From IMG/VR virus record IMGVR_UViG_3300032214_000555, positions 1 through 63,571 of that record: a stretch of DNA of 63,571 nt; one strand, written 5' to 3'. The notes beneath the pieces were generated by a model. That model had not been told where the DNA came from, did not search any database, and worked only from the letters and a program-made list of their open reading frames with translations. Position numbers and translations under genes: made by a program. This DNA is from a virus. Taxonomy: Duplodnaviria > Caudoviricetes. Of this stretch, positions 1 to 9,784 are shown piece by piece (the first letter of the stretch is position 1; every line of letters begins with the position of its first letter).

Positions 1-1
1 T

Positions 2-103
2 ATATTCAGACAACCATTTGAGTATTACCAAAAACCAAATCGTACATTAATTAAAACCAATAACGAAACAACAGTTTCACTAACACTAAATTACAACCTA
101 TGA
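2..103 (+). CDS. 3' end of a probable TonB-dependent receptor/outer-membrane beta-barrel protein (partial)
   Basis: Open frame IFRQPFEYYQKPNRTLIKTNNETTVSLTLNYNL*; ends in an alternating beta-signal (SLTLNYNL); stop overlaps the next ATG (ATGA). Confidence 0.6.
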   Translation: MFRQPFEYYQKPNRTLIKTNNETTVSLTLNYNL

Positions 104-1302
104 AAAAATTATTAGTATTATTCGCAAGTTTAACAATCTTCGGATGTTCAAAAGATTTAGGTGGAGAAGTTACACCAATAAATGTACCATCATCAACAAC
201 TTTGAGTGGGAACATTTCAGCAACAACAACCCTAACCTCTGACAAAGAGTGGGTATTAAAAGGTTATGTTTATGTAACCGATGGTGCAAAACTTATCATT
301 CAACCTGGAACAATAATCAAATCGGATATAAGTGAGAAAGGTGCTTTATGTATTGAAAGAGGAGCACAAATTATAGCAGAAGGAACTGCGGCAAAACCAA
401 TCGTATTTACATCAGGTAGAGCAGTTGGTGAAAAAACACCGGGTGATTGGGGTGGTATTGTAATATTGGGTAGAGCAAAAACCAATAGAACATCCGAACC
501 AACAATCGAAGGTGGTATTGGTAGAGCATATGGTGGAACAAACGATTTAGATAATAGTGGTGTTCTAAAATATGTAAGAATAGAGTATGCAGGAGTTGCA
601 GCAATGCCAAACTCTGAAATCAACGCACTAACATTGGGTGGGGTTGGTAGTGGTACAATCATTGAGAATGTACAAACTATCTACGCTAATGATGATGCAT
701 TTGAGTTCTTTGGTGGAACTGTATCACCTAAAAACTTATACGCATACGGAACTGCGGATGATGACTTTGATTTTGATTTTGGATATAGAGGTAAAGTATC
801 TAATTCAGTTTCTAAAAGAGACCCACAATTCGTAGATAATGGTGATGCGGGAAATGGTGTAGAATGTGATAATGATGGAACAGGTTCATCATCAGAACCA
901 TTCACACATCCTATATTAGATGGTGTAATTTTAATTGGACCAAACGATGTAGCATCTTTATCAAACCATAATTTGGCAATGAGATGGAGAAGAGCAACTC
1001 AATTTGAAGTGTATAACTCTACAATCATTGGATATATGAAAGGTGGTTTCTCAATGGAAAGTAATGAGACAGCACAATTCTACAAAGATGGTGTAAGTAA
1101 GTTTCAGAATAACAAAATTGGTTCTTACAATGGATTAAACTTTATCAGTAAAGTAACTACTATTATTACATCTGATTTAGTTAAAACAAAAGCATTGAGT
1201 GAGGGTAATACTGAAATCACTTTAACTAATGCTGAAATTGAAACATTGGCAAAGCCAATTTGGACAAATAGTTGGACAAGATTTCCAACAAAAGGAAACT
1301 AA
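100..1302 (+). CDS. Lipoprotein, beta-helix family usually paired with a TonB receptor
   Basis: Lipobox IFGC; motifs GDWGGIVILG, DNSGVLKYVRIEYAG, DDAFEFFGG, DDDFDFDFG. Confidence 0.8.
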   Translation: MKKLLVLFASLTIFGCSKDLGGEVTPINVPSSTTLSGNISATTTLTSDKEWVLKGYVYVTDGAKLIIQPGTIIKSDISEKGALCIERGAQIIAEGTAAKPIVFTSGRAVGEKTPGDWGGIVILGRAKTNRTSEPTIEGGIGRAYGGTNDLDNSGVLKYVRIEYAGVAAMPNSEINALTLGGVGSGTIIENVQTIYANDDAFEFFGGTVSPKNLYAYGTADDDFDFDFGYRGKVSNSVSKRDPQFVDNGDAGNGVECDNDGTGSSSEPFTHPILDGVILIGPNDVASLSNHNLAMRWRRATQFEVYNSTIIGYMKGGFSMESNETAQFYKDGVSKFQNNKIGSYNGLNFISKVTTIITSDLVKTKALSEGNTEITLTNAEIETLAKPIWTNSWTRFPTKGN

Positions 1303-1335
1303 ATGATATTTATATAAGTAACAAATATCAGATGG

Positions 1336-2886
1336 TTGAAAAGGTTAAAAATATTTTTAAGTGTATTGTTTATCTTATTTCTAGCTTCCAAAGCTAACGG
1401 ACAAACATATACACAAACATTCATAGATAAGTGTAGTGGCGAGGTAAAAGTTGCCACTACTACTTACGTCAATGGAAATGCAGTTGTTTCATTCTATAAT
1501 CAAGTTAAAGTATTTACTCCAACCGAAGTTCAAAGTGGAGCATTACAGATGTGGTTGCAAACTGTATATGTTGCATATTCAACAACAGGTTGTCCTACCA
1601 ATATAGTAGTTCAACAAACGGTACAACAAACGGTAAATCAGGCAGTACAACAAGCAGCATCGCAAGCAGCAACCCAAGCAGCATCACAAGCTGCAAGTTC
1701 TGCGGCATCAAATGCGGCAAGTTCGGCAGCAAGTTCAGCAGCTTCATCTGCGGCGAGTTCAGCAGCAAACAGAGCAGCAAGTTCTGTGGTTATACCACCA
1801 CCACCACCACCTGTAACACCACCTCCTGTAACACCACCACCAACAACTCCACCACCACCACCACCAACGGCAGGAACTCCACCTCCTCCACCTCCATCTG
1901 GTGGAAATAGTTCTTCTCCACCACCTGCACAAAGTGGAGGTAGTTCATCATCTTCATCGAGTAGTAGTTCTTCATCATCTTCGTCACAAAGTGAGGGTAA
2001 TTCTTCATCATCTTCGTCACAAAGTGAGGGTAGTTCATCTTCAAAATCGGAAACGAAGAGTGAAACTAAATCCGAATCTAAATCAGAAAGTAAGACTGAG
2101 GAAAAGAAAGAAGAATCTAAATCAGAAACTAAAAAGGAAGAGAAGAAAGAAGAATCTAAAAAAGAAGAAAAGAAAGAGGAGAAGAAGGAAGAGAAAAAAG
2201 AAGAAAAGAAGAAAGAAGAGAAGAAATCTCAAAACTTAAATCCTTTGTTATTGGCATCGGATTTAACAACCGCAGAAAGTGCTGATGGGGAATGGGCAGT
2301 AATCCTTTCAAATGGAATATCTCGTTCATCTATGGCAGGTGATGAAACATATTCGTTAAGTTCTATGGTTTGGAGTAATCTAAAACAATTTGCATTGAGT
2401 GGTGGATACACTAAAATGAACTTTGCAGATGGGGCATTGAAATCAATCAACTCATATTCAGTAACCGGTGCGTATCTATCTGGAAACTATATGGGATTAG
2501 TTGGTGCAACTGTAATCATACCACATCCTAAATTTGGAACATATGGATATAATGTTGGTGTTGTAAATCTATTTATAGATAGTGGTAGTGGTTCTGAATA
2601 TAGTATCAGTAGTTCGGGTGTTCTATTTTGGACAAAACCATACCCAGTAAGTAAGAAACTCACAGTATCACCTCAAATATTCACAATGCTTCCAGGTGGA
2701 AGTTGGAATACCAAAACAGGTGCTTATTCGTATAGTACAGATTTGGGGATAATGAGTGGTGCAAGTTTTGATTATAAAATCAGTAAAAGGTTTGGGTTGA
2801 GTATCAATTATAAAATCAATACTTCAACTACACCAGGAGCACCTATATTGAGTAATTTCTTGATAGGTTCAAGATTAATGCTTTAA
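1336..2886 (+). CDS. Secreted protein with long low-complexity linker and C-terminal beta-barrel-like domain
   Basis: Signal peptide; Q/A/S, poly-P, poly-S and E/K tracts; amphipathic beta strands at the C-terminus; TTG start. Confidence 0.75.
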   Translation: MKRLKIFLSVLFILFLASKANGQTYTQTFIDKCSGEVKVATTTYVNGNAVVSFYNQVKVFTPTEVQSGALQMWLQTVYVAYSTTGCPTNIVVQQTVQQTVNQAVQQAASQAATQAASQAASSAASNAASSAASSAASSAASSAANRAASSVVIPPPPPPVTPPPVTPPPTTPPPPPPTAGTPPPPPPSGGNSSSPPPAQSGGSSSSSSSSSSSSSSSQSEGNSSSSSSQSEGSSSSKSETKSETKSESKSESKTEEKKEESKSETKKEEKKEESKKEEKKEEKKEEKKEEKKKEEKKSQNLNPLLLASDLTTAESADGEWAVILSNGISRSSMAGDETYSLSSMVWSNLKQFALSGGYTKMNFADGALKSINSYSVTGAYLSGNYMGLVGATVIIPHPKFGTYGYNVGVVNLFIDSGSGSEYSISSSGVLFWTKPYPVSKKLTVSPQIFTMLPGGSWNTKTGAYSYSTDLGIMSGASFDYKISKRFGLSINYKINTSTTPGAPILSNFLIGSRLML

Positions 2887-3008
2887 TCTAATTTAAGAGG
2901 TTCGTTGTGTTCTCTTTGTTTTTTAAAACCGTATTCGGTTGTTGTTTTAGAGATGATTGCTCCGAAAGAACTGCAAACTAAAATAAGGCCTACTAATAAG
3001 TGAATCAT
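2883..3008 (-). CDS. Small membrane/secreted protein, 41 aa (MIHLLVGLILVCSSFGAIISKTTTEYGFKKQREHNEPLKLD)
   Basis: Read by hand on the minus strand; hydrophobic N-terminus; A-rich upstream region; fills an intergenic gap. Confidence 0.6.
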   Translation of the reverse strand: MIHLLVGLILVCSSFGAIISKTTTEYGFKKQREHNEPLKLD

Positions 3009-3159
3009 AATTGTGTTTTTTTGTTTATTATATAACTATTTGTATATAGATATAAGAAAAATACCAAAAAACACAAAAAAATAGGATTTTCCTAATAAGT
3101 TGATAAAGGTTCTTTTTATAATACAATTCTATACTTATTGGAAACAAAACGACTAATTT

Positions 3160-3786
3160 ATGAAACATTTTTTATTAATTTTATTACTAACATTTACTAC
3201 AAAAATACTTGCACAAGATATTGTAGTAATAAAACACACCAACTACACTACACATTTCAGTAAATCAAAAAGATATCCTGTATTGGTAGAATGGGAAACC
3301 ACTCACGCAATGGTAGGGTGTCCTACCCCATTAAAAAGAAAGGATAATTTCAAACCAGACCCACAATTACCAGTTGAAACTAACATAGGTGCTGATTATG
3401 TAAAGAGTGGATACGATAGAGGACACGTAATGCCAGCAGCAGACAATCTTTGTCAAACACCACAAGTACAAGATGAATGTTTCTATTTTTCAAATATGGT
3501 AGCACAAACTCACAGATTAAATGCGGGAGATTGGAAATCATTAGAAACGGCAACTCGTAATTGGGCATTAATAAGTGCAAAGGTAAAGGTATGGAGTGGT
3601 TCAATTGGAGAAGCAAAGAAAATAGGTAAAGTATCCGTTCCTACTCAATGTTGGAAAGTAGTAGAAATAGCAGGTAAGAAAACTGCATATCTATTCAACA
3701 ACGATTTATCTAATCCGGATGGATTTGCTAACAACGAAGTACCAGTATCCCAAATAGAAAAATTAACAGGTTTTACATTCAAATAA
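3160..3786 (+). CDS. DNA/RNA non-specific endonuclease (NucA/EndoG family), secreted
   Basis: Signal peptide; YDRGH active-site motif; FYFSNMVAQ..LNAGDWKSLE; VPTQCWKV. Confidence 0.92.
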   Translation: MKHFLLILLLTFTTKILAQDIVVIKHTNYTTHFSKSKRYPVLVEWETTHAMVGCPTPLKRKDNFKPDPQLPVETNIGADYVKSGYDRGHVMPAADNLCQTPQVQDECFYFSNMVAQTHRLNAGDWKSLETATRNWALISAKVKVWSGSIGEAKKIGKVSVPTQCWKVVEIAGKKTAYLFNNDLSNPDGFANNEVPVSQIEKLTGFTFK

Positions 3787-3787
3787 T

Positions 3788-4432
3788 ATGGCTTACTTAA
3801 ATCATAATATACCAACTACAAGGTGTATGATAAGAAACGAATTTCTTTTCAATCATACAAAAGGACACGGAGAATTTACCAATTGTGATGTACATATGGT
3901 AGCATCTATGGAGGGAATGACACCTGTATTTGAAGCATTTTTAGAGAATGGTGTGAATTGGACAAGAAGACCAATCAACGCATTTTGTTGGAAAACGGAT
4001 GCACCAACTTATTCATTAACCGAACATATATATTGGGATTGTTTCTCTAACTATTGTGATGTACAAATACGAAACAGACTGAGTGGATTGAGAGCAGAAC
4101 TTATTACACCATCGGGTGCTAAAAAAGAGGGTACATATATGTTTACAATAGATTGGGGATTTGAGAACAAAGCAGGTATGTTAGATGTATCATTTTCAGA
4201 AACATTTGAACATAAATGTGCTCATTTTTTTAAGATGGATGATGGAAATTTCTTTGCATATCCTAACAACAGAATAGTTTGGAAAGATAAAGCATGGACA
4301 TTCAATAGAATTAAAGAAAATCCTGGTTATATAATAGACCATAACATATATTCAGTTGAAGGTGAGGGTAAATATGAAACAGATAATAACTACTTTACAG
4401 AGTTTAAACCGGAAAAAATAATTAAAAAATAA
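3788..4432 (+). CDS. Conserved hypothetical phage protein
   Basis: 214-aa ORF abutting the nuclease gene; EHKCAH and GNFFAYPNNR motifs. Confidence 0.75.
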   Translation: MAYLNHNIPTTRCMIRNEFLFNHTKGHGEFTNCDVHMVASMEGMTPVFEAFLENGVNWTRRPINAFCWKTDAPTYSLTEHIYWDCFSNYCDVQIRNRLSGLRAELITPSGAKKEGTYMFTIDWGFENKAGMLDVSFSETFEHKCAHFFKMDDGNFFAYPNNRIVWKDKAWTFNRIKENPGYIIDHNIYSVEGEGKYETDNNYFTEFKPEKIIKK

Positions 4433-4442
4433 TTCAACTTTT

Positions 4443-4476
4443 GCTTGACTTTTTGCGCGGAATTTTGTACCTTTAT
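4443..4476 (+). promoter_or_regulatory. Early-type promoter of the repeated cassette
   Basis: GCTTGAC...TTGTACCTTTA, followed by a GAGA hairpin and CCTTTCCGATATG leader. Confidence 0.7.
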
Positions 4477-4520
4477 TATATGTGAGTGAGAGATGGTTCT
4501 CCTCTTTAACCCTTTCCGAT

Positions 4521-4814
4521 ATGAACGTTACAGAATTAAAATTGACTGATTTAGAATCAAAAACCTTAACTGCTTTCACTGGTTGTCTTTATGCTGAGCC
4601 TGGTTTTTCCGATGTGGATGTAAAAGATTTGAGTGAAGTGACCGGTATTTCTTCCAAAATTATCAGAGGTGCTTTGGGTTCATTGGTTAAGAAAGGTGTA
4701 GTTACTATCAACCCTAACGATGGTGGTTATGATATTATTGACCTGAATGTTCGTTACTGGCATTTAGTGAATGAAAGTTGGGCAGAAGAAGCTGAATATA
4801 TTTTGAAAAAATAA
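4521..4814 (+). CDS. Winged-helix HTH protein
   Basis: VKDLSEVTGISSKIIRGALGSLVKKGVV; start moved to the ATG after the conserved TTTCCGAT leader. Confidence 0.7.
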   Translation: MNVTELKLTDLESKTLTAFTGCLYAEPGFSDVDVKDLSEVTGISSKIIRGALGSLVKKGVVTINPNDGGYDIIDLNVRYWHLVNESWAEEAEYILKK

Positions 4815-4823
4815 TTACGAAAA

Positions 4824-4858
4824 AGCTTGACTTGTGTTGATATTTTTTGTATATTGTA
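4824..4858 (+). promoter_or_regulatory. Early-type promoter
   Basis: GCTTGAC...TTGTATATTGTA; downstream sequence matches the copy at 22958. Confidence 0.65.
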
Positions 4859-4909
4859 AGGTAATTGAGAGTGAGAGTTAAAATTGTTAAAATCTAAAAT
4901 ATAAAAGTT

Positions 4910-5488
4910 ATGAAATCTAAAATTAAATTTGTTTGGTTAGGTGTTAATTTTGAATTACCATCTGAGTGTTTAAGAACTAAATCTTATTGGGGAGATACAT
5001 TATCAGAACCATTTATCAGCATCGGACGTAAAGAAGTTCCTTTGTTGTTCAAACAGTATGTAAAAGCTAAATACCCTGATATGCTAGTGTGGGGTAAATC
5101 ATCTACCTTTGCTAACGGTTCTTCATCTGATTTGTATGCTTGTAAAGCTAACGGAGATGAGTTAGAGTGGGGTTCTACTGAGTACAAAGAATTAAACTCC
5201 TTTGTTAATTCAATGAGTGGTGGGCATTACGATGGTATGCATGACATTTACGAATATGGTGAGCCAGGTGTTTCTGATAACGGAACTAAATTGGATTTCA
5301 ATTCCAAATATGTTCATTTCAACAACAAAGCTCCGTTCGGTTCTTGGCCAGATGTGAAGAGAATGTTGTTAGATATGCAAGCCGGTAAGTATGTGTGGGG
5401 TGTATTATCTTTGGAGCAGGCAATTGAAAAGGTTAAAACTTACAGTTGTAAAGACTCTGATATTCAGAAAGCATTACAATTTATTTAA
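4910..5488 (+). CDS. Hypothetical protein (possible LPD29-like domain)
   Basis: GHYDGMHDIYEY motif. Confidence 0.65.
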   Translation: MKSKIKFVWLGVNFELPSECLRTKSYWGDTLSEPFISIGRKEVPLLFKQYVKAKYPDMLVWGKSSTFANGSSSDLYACKANGDELEWGSTEYKELNSFVNSMSGGHYDGMHDIYEYGEPGVSDNGTKLDFNSKYVHFNNKAPFGSWPDVKRMLLDMQAGKYVWGVLSLEQAIEKVKTYSCKDSDIQKALQFI

Positions 5489-5510
5489 AAAAACTTAAAA
5501 ATAATTATCA

Positions 5511-5547
5511 AAAGGCTTGGATATTCCAAGCCTTTTTCGTATCTTTA
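5511..5547 (+). terminator. Intrinsic terminator overlapping the next promoter
   Basis: AAAGGCTTGG-ATATT-CCAAGCCTTTTT, then CGTATCTTTA. Confidence 0.6.
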
Positions 5548-5591
5548 CTGGGTAGTGAGAGTGGTAATAACAAAAGATAAAATTTAAAATT

Positions 5592-5972
5592 ATGAAAAGA
5601 GAACAAAATTACAAAACGATTTTTAGCGATATAGACGGAACTCTAATTGAGCAAGTTAGGTTCGAAGATTTAAACCCTAACATAGTAAATGTGTTGCCAG
5701 GTGTTTTAGAGAAATTCAATGAGTGGTATGAAGAAGGACATTACATCGTTCTAACAACCGCAAGACCTGAGCATTTGAGAGAGATTACTGTTCATCAAAT
5801 GGGAGTGGCAGGGATTCGTTACCATCAGTTAGTAATGGGTATCGGTAGAGAGGAACGGATTCTAATCAACAACAACTCAAAAGGAGAACCAAACGCACCG
5901 AGAGCAATGGCAGTTGCCGTTGGTAGAGATGCCGGTTTCAACAATTCTAATTGGGAAAGTGTTGGATTATAA
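5592..5972 (+). CDS. HAD-superfamily phosphatase-like protein
   Basis: DIDGT motif I; LTTAR motif II. Confidence 0.8.
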   Translation: MKREQNYKTIFSDIDGTLIEQVRFEDLNPNIVNVLPGVLEKFNEWYEEGHYIVLTTARPEHLREITVHQMGVAGIRYHQLVMGIGREERILINNNSKGEPNAPRAMAVAVGRDAGFNNSNWESVGL

Positions 5973-6003
5973 TTTTAATTTATATTTATAAGAAACATTA
6001 AAA

Positions 6004-6249
6004 ATGATTAAATTAGCATCACTATTAAAGGAAGTATCAATCAAAGTTGGTAAAAATGGAGAATCCATCAACGGATATGAAGTAGAATACTTTAAAGTTG
6101 CAAGCGGGGTTTATGCGAATATAGAAATACCTTCACCAAATCCTACTTTTGATGATGATATTCAAATAAAAGGGCATGGAAAAAATGAAAAGGATGCCTT
6201 TGATGATTTGAAAAAACAGTTCGAAAAATATCTAAAAAAGAAAAGATAA
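6004..6249 (+). CDS. MIKL-leader small protein
   Basis: N-terminus MIKLASLLKE. Confidence 0.75.
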   Translation: MIKLASLLKEVSIKVGKNGESINGYEVEYFKVASGVYANIEIPSPNPTFDDDIQIKGHGKNEKDAFDDLKKQFEKYLKKKR

Positions 6250-6542
6250 TGATTAAATTAGCATCTTTATTAAAAGAGAGAAAATCAGATTATGAAACCT
6301 ATCATAATTCATATACATCTGCTATAACTGCGGCAAAAGAATACGCAGAAAAGCAAGGTTATGAGATAAATGATGATGATTCATTCACAAAGATTGGAAT
6401 GGGACCTCGTAAACCATCGGAGGGTAAGACTAATAGATTCAGTATCGAATTATCAAAAGATGGTAAGGTTAGTAGAAAACAACTTCACATTCAGGTATAT
6501 GGTATGAAAAACCAATACGAATTAAATGCTTATATACAATAA
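6249..6542 (+). CDS. MIKL-leader small protein
   Basis: N-terminus MIKLASLLKE; TAATG coupling. Confidence 0.8.
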   Translation: MIKLASLLKERKSDYETYHNSYTSAITAAKEYAEKQGYEINDDDSFTKIGMGPRKPSEGKTNRFSIELSKDGKVSRKQLHIQVYGMKNQYELNAYIQ

Positions 6543-6871
6543 TGAAACTAAAAGATTTATTAAAGGAAGCATTCAAATCACCCGATTATATTATTACATC
6601 GGTTACTGAAAAGGATATTCCACCACAAGCTATACCCAGAGCAGATGTTATGTTAGGGTTAAAGATGGGTGGTGAATTTGGTACATATGGTACATTAACT
6701 AACAAACATTACAAATTAGGACATGAGAATGGTAAAGTTGTTTTAATATTATCTAACGATGGTAAAAGAGCAATAAGAGTTAGAAGTGAAAAAGAACCTA
6801 AATATTTGGATAAAATGCAAAAATTTGCTGATAAGTTTTTATCAGACTATGCTAAGAAAATAAATAAATGA
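6542..6871 (+). CDS. MIKL-leader small protein
   Basis: N-terminus MKLKDLLKE. Confidence 0.8.
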   Translation: MKLKDLLKEAFKSPDYIITSVTEKDIPPQAIPRADVMLGLKMGGEFGTYGTLTNKHYKLGHENGKVVLILSNDGKRAIRVRSEKEPKYLDKMQKFADKFLSDYAKKINK

Positions 6872-7143
6872 TAAAGTTAAAAGATTTACTAAAAGAAAAC
6901 TTTCCAGGTAAAGGTGCAACCGTATCGGCAAAAGATATTGACGATAAAATGATGGATTACTTTGATAGAATGAATGTGAAATTAGAAGTAACACCAATCA
7001 GCGGAAAGAAGTATAGTGCATCAGTAGGTCCTCAATTTGGTGATATTTTCTTTCATGGAGATGGAGCACCTGATAAAGCAAGTTGGCAATTACAATTAAA
7101 ACAAATCAAATCTGTAAAGATTTTAGGATACTACGGAGATTAA
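6868..7143 (+). CDS. MIKL-leader small protein
   Basis: N-terminus MIKLKDLLKE. Confidence 0.8.
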   Translation: MIKLKDLLKENFPGKGATVSAKDIDDKMMDYFDRMNVKLEVTPISGKKYSASVGPQFGDIFFHGDGAPDKASWQLQLKQIKSVKILGYYGD

Positions 7144-7153
7144 CATATAGCAA

Positions 7154-7591
7154 ATGAAACTAAAAGACTTATTAAACGAAGACACCTGGAAACTTGAAAA
7201 AGGAGAAATCCTTTTCAATGGCAAAAAAGTAGGAACATTCGAATACGAATATGAAGCAGATGCGTTTTGGATTGATGATATAGATAAAAACGGAACAAAG
7301 GGATTTGGTAGTAAAGAAAAGGCTATTCAATGGTTGAAAAAAAATAAAAAAGCATATTTGGATAGACACAATAATGATTACCATCGTAAAGAACGAGATT
7401 ATTTAAGTCGATTTGATTATTACGATGAATCGGTAAATGAGGTGAAGATACATCACATGGCAAGAGAAGGAGCATTGGATAATCTTAAAGAAGTAATCTT
7501 AAACATTGGACCATTTAGTAAAGAGGTGGTTAAACATTGTGAAGCAGCAATTAAAATTATAGAAAAATTTGACTCCAATTATAAACGATGA
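7154..7591 (+). CDS. MIKL-leader protein
   Basis: N-terminus MKLKDLLNE. Confidence 0.8.
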   Translation: MKLKDLLNEDTWKLEKGEILFNGKKVGTFEYEYEADAFWIDDIDKNGTKGFGSKEKAIQWLKKNKKAYLDRHNNDYHRKERDYLSRFDYYDESVNEVKIHHMAREGALDNLKEVILNIGPFSKEVVKHCEAAIKIIEKFDSNYKR

Positions 7592-7863
7592 TATTAGCAT
7601 TTAAAGTAGATAGAAACGTATATAGAGTAGAGTTTCAAACATCTGTTTCCAAAAACAATGTTATATCTTGTATTCCAAAGACAACAAAAGATGCGGATAC
7701 TGTGCAAAGTATAATATCACAATCACAACCAATGGTGGTTCAGAAAGGAATACAACAATACATAGAAAAACAATTAAAATTACCTATTGAAATCGAAAGA
7801 GATTACAACGGACCTGGATTTGGTTTTACAGTTGATTTATACGATTTAGTGAAAAAATTATAG
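7588..7863 (+). CDS. Hypothetical protein
   Basis: Coupled ORF (ATGA overlap). Confidence 0.7.
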   Translation: MILAFKVDRNVYRVEFQTSVSKNNVISCIPKTTKDADTVQSIISQSQPMVVQKGIQQYIEKQLKLPIEIERDYNGPGFGFTVDLYDLVKKL

Positions 7864-7864
7864 T

Positions 7865-8935
7865 ATGGGTAAATACATTGTTACATCTGGATGTTCATTT
7901 ACTAGACAATCTAAAAGAGTTGGATTAACTGGCAATGAATATGATTTTATGGATGATTATGTTTCTCAATGGAAATGGCCTCATTTTATAAAAGAAGAAT
8001 ATCCTAATTATGAAGTTATTAATTATGGTAATCCAACAAATGACAATACGGTAATTGCCAATTCTATTTTATATGGAGTAGATAAATTATTAAAAAATGG
8101 TGTATCACCATCTGATATAAAAGTAGTAATTCAATGGTCTGGTTGGTCGAGAAATTCTGCATTCATTTCACAATACAAACAAACTGAAATGAATTATGGA
8201 TTACATCAGGATATCAAAACGGCAGATGAAAACGATTATGCTCATATAAATGATTTTATAAATGTTCCTAAAAAGTATGCAGGGGAACATGGATATTTTA
8301 TATTAGCAGCTGGGTATAATTCACCTCATGTAAAAGTTAAATCAATTGATTATTTTACTGAATATGTTAAACACGTATTTTCAGCAGACGAAAGAATGAT
8401 TGAATATATTCGAAACATATTATTGGTTCAAAATTATTTTAAATCAAAAGGAATAGAATATAAATGCTTTACAATGCATAATAATTTTTCAAAAGAATAT
8501 GTAAATGATAACACGTTTCCAATGTGGTGTCCAGACGATTCAAATGAAACAGAAGCACATCATGTTATTTATGATAAATTTATTCCTATAACGTGGAAAT
8601 CGGATTTAGAAAATCAATTTGAAAATAATCCATATATTAGATATTTATATGATATGGTGGATTTTGATAATTTTTGGTTTTATAAAGAAGAAGGTATAAC
8701 TAAATATGGTGGGCAAGTTGAATGGTCTATAAAAAAATATAATTTTGATGAAATATCGGATAATGAAGATATACCAAATATTTTATGGATGGAGTGTATG
8801 ACAAATTGGGATAAAGGATATAGGAGTAAAAAAGATTGGGTTGATTTTTTAAACAAAACAGTATTTTGGCAACACACTTCTCCATACTTAAATAAAAAAT
8901 TTGTAGTAGAAGAATTAAAAGAGTTTTTACAATAA
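7865..8935 (+). CDS. SGNH-hydrolase-like protein
   Basis: IVTSGCSFT block I, VINYG..TNDN, IQWSG..R, terminal His. Confidence 0.7.
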   Translation: MGKYIVTSGCSFTRQSKRVGLTGNEYDFMDDYVSQWKWPHFIKEEYPNYEVINYGNPTNDNTVIANSILYGVDKLLKNGVSPSDIKVVIQWSGWSRNSAFISQYKQTEMNYGLHQDIKTADENDYAHINDFINVPKKYAGEHGYFILAAGYNSPHVKVKSIDYFTEYVKHVFSADERMIEYIRNILLVQNYFKSKGIEYKCFTMHNNFSKEYVNDNTFPMWCPDDSNETEAHHVIYDKFIPITWKSDLENQFENNPYIRYLYDMVDFDNFWFYKEEGITKYGGQVEWSIKKYNFDEISDNEDIPNILWMECMTNWDKGYRSKKDWVDFLNKTVFWQHTSPYLNKKFVVEELKEFLQ

Positions 8936-8949
8936 AAAATAAATTGTGA

Positions 8950-9498
8950 ATGATTAAGTTAAAAGATTTACTTCCAGAAAAAGAAAATTATTTTGAGATA
9001 CCAAAAAATAAGTGGACTCCAATTCTACGTTCTGAACTATCTCGTTTTAAGAAAATAATATATGATTTAATTTCAAATGCATATGCACCAATAGGTGGGC
9101 ACTCTAATGTGAAAGATTCCGATGATTTACCTGATGAGGGTGATTATTTTGATGTGATAGATGTAGATGGAGATAATGAGGTAGATGCAGCAACGGTAGC
9201 AAAACATAAACCAGCAGGTAAGAAGTTTGTTGCGTTAGGACACGATGGTTCATCAGCAGGTAAATCGGCAGCAGTAAATCACCAAATAGATAAGTTAAAA
9301 AGTGGTGGATACTATGTAGAAGTTTCTGGTAAAATGAAAGATATATTTATGGGTAAAGGGTTGGAACCTGTGATGGATGAAAAAGCAGTTCGTAAAGCAC
9401 TACCTGGAAAAGAAATTAAATGGAATGGTGATGGAACATACGATAGAAAAATCGGGGGTTCTATTCACACTAAAATGATGTTTGGAAAACCAAGATAA
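8950..9498 (+). CDS. MIKL-leader protein
   Basis: N-terminus MIKLKDLLPE. Confidence 0.8.
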   Translation: MIKLKDLLPEKENYFEIPKNKWTPILRSELSRFKKIIYDLISNAYAPIGGHSNVKDSDDLPDEGDYFDVIDVDGDNEVDAATVAKHKPAGKKFVALGHDGSSAGKSAAVNHQIDKLKSGGYYVEVSGKMKDIFMGKGLEPVMDEKAVRKALPGKEIKWNGDGTYDRKIGGSIHTKMMFGKPR

Positions 9499-9502
9499 TA
9501 TT

Positions 9503-9778
9503 ATGATAAAGTTAAAATCCCTATTGAAAGAAGGAAAAATTTCTATTTCGGAATTAAATCCAAATGACCAAAAACAAATTAAACAATTAGAAAGTATAAT
9601 TGGGGGAAAGCTCGATACTATTTATGTAGGTGGAAGTGAGCGTTTTGTTGCAAGTATAAGAATATCACCTGGATATAGTGCATACGAATTTACACTAGAT
9701 ATTATGAGAAAATTATTAAAATTTCCCATCACTCATGTTACGGGTGGTCATGATATTGTAAATATTTATTTTAAATAA
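9503..9778 (+). CDS. MIKL-leader small protein
   Basis: Start moved to MIKLKSLLKE. Confidence 0.75.
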   Translation: MIKLKSLLKEGKISISELNPNDQKQIKQLESIIGGKLDTIYVGGSERFVASIRISPGYSAYEFTLDIMRKLLKFPITHVTGGHDIVNIYFK

Positions 9779-9784
9779 GGAAAA

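Noticed and set aside
1551-2239. Alternative-frame ORFs
   Set aside because: By-products of low-complexity repeats in the 1336-2886 gene
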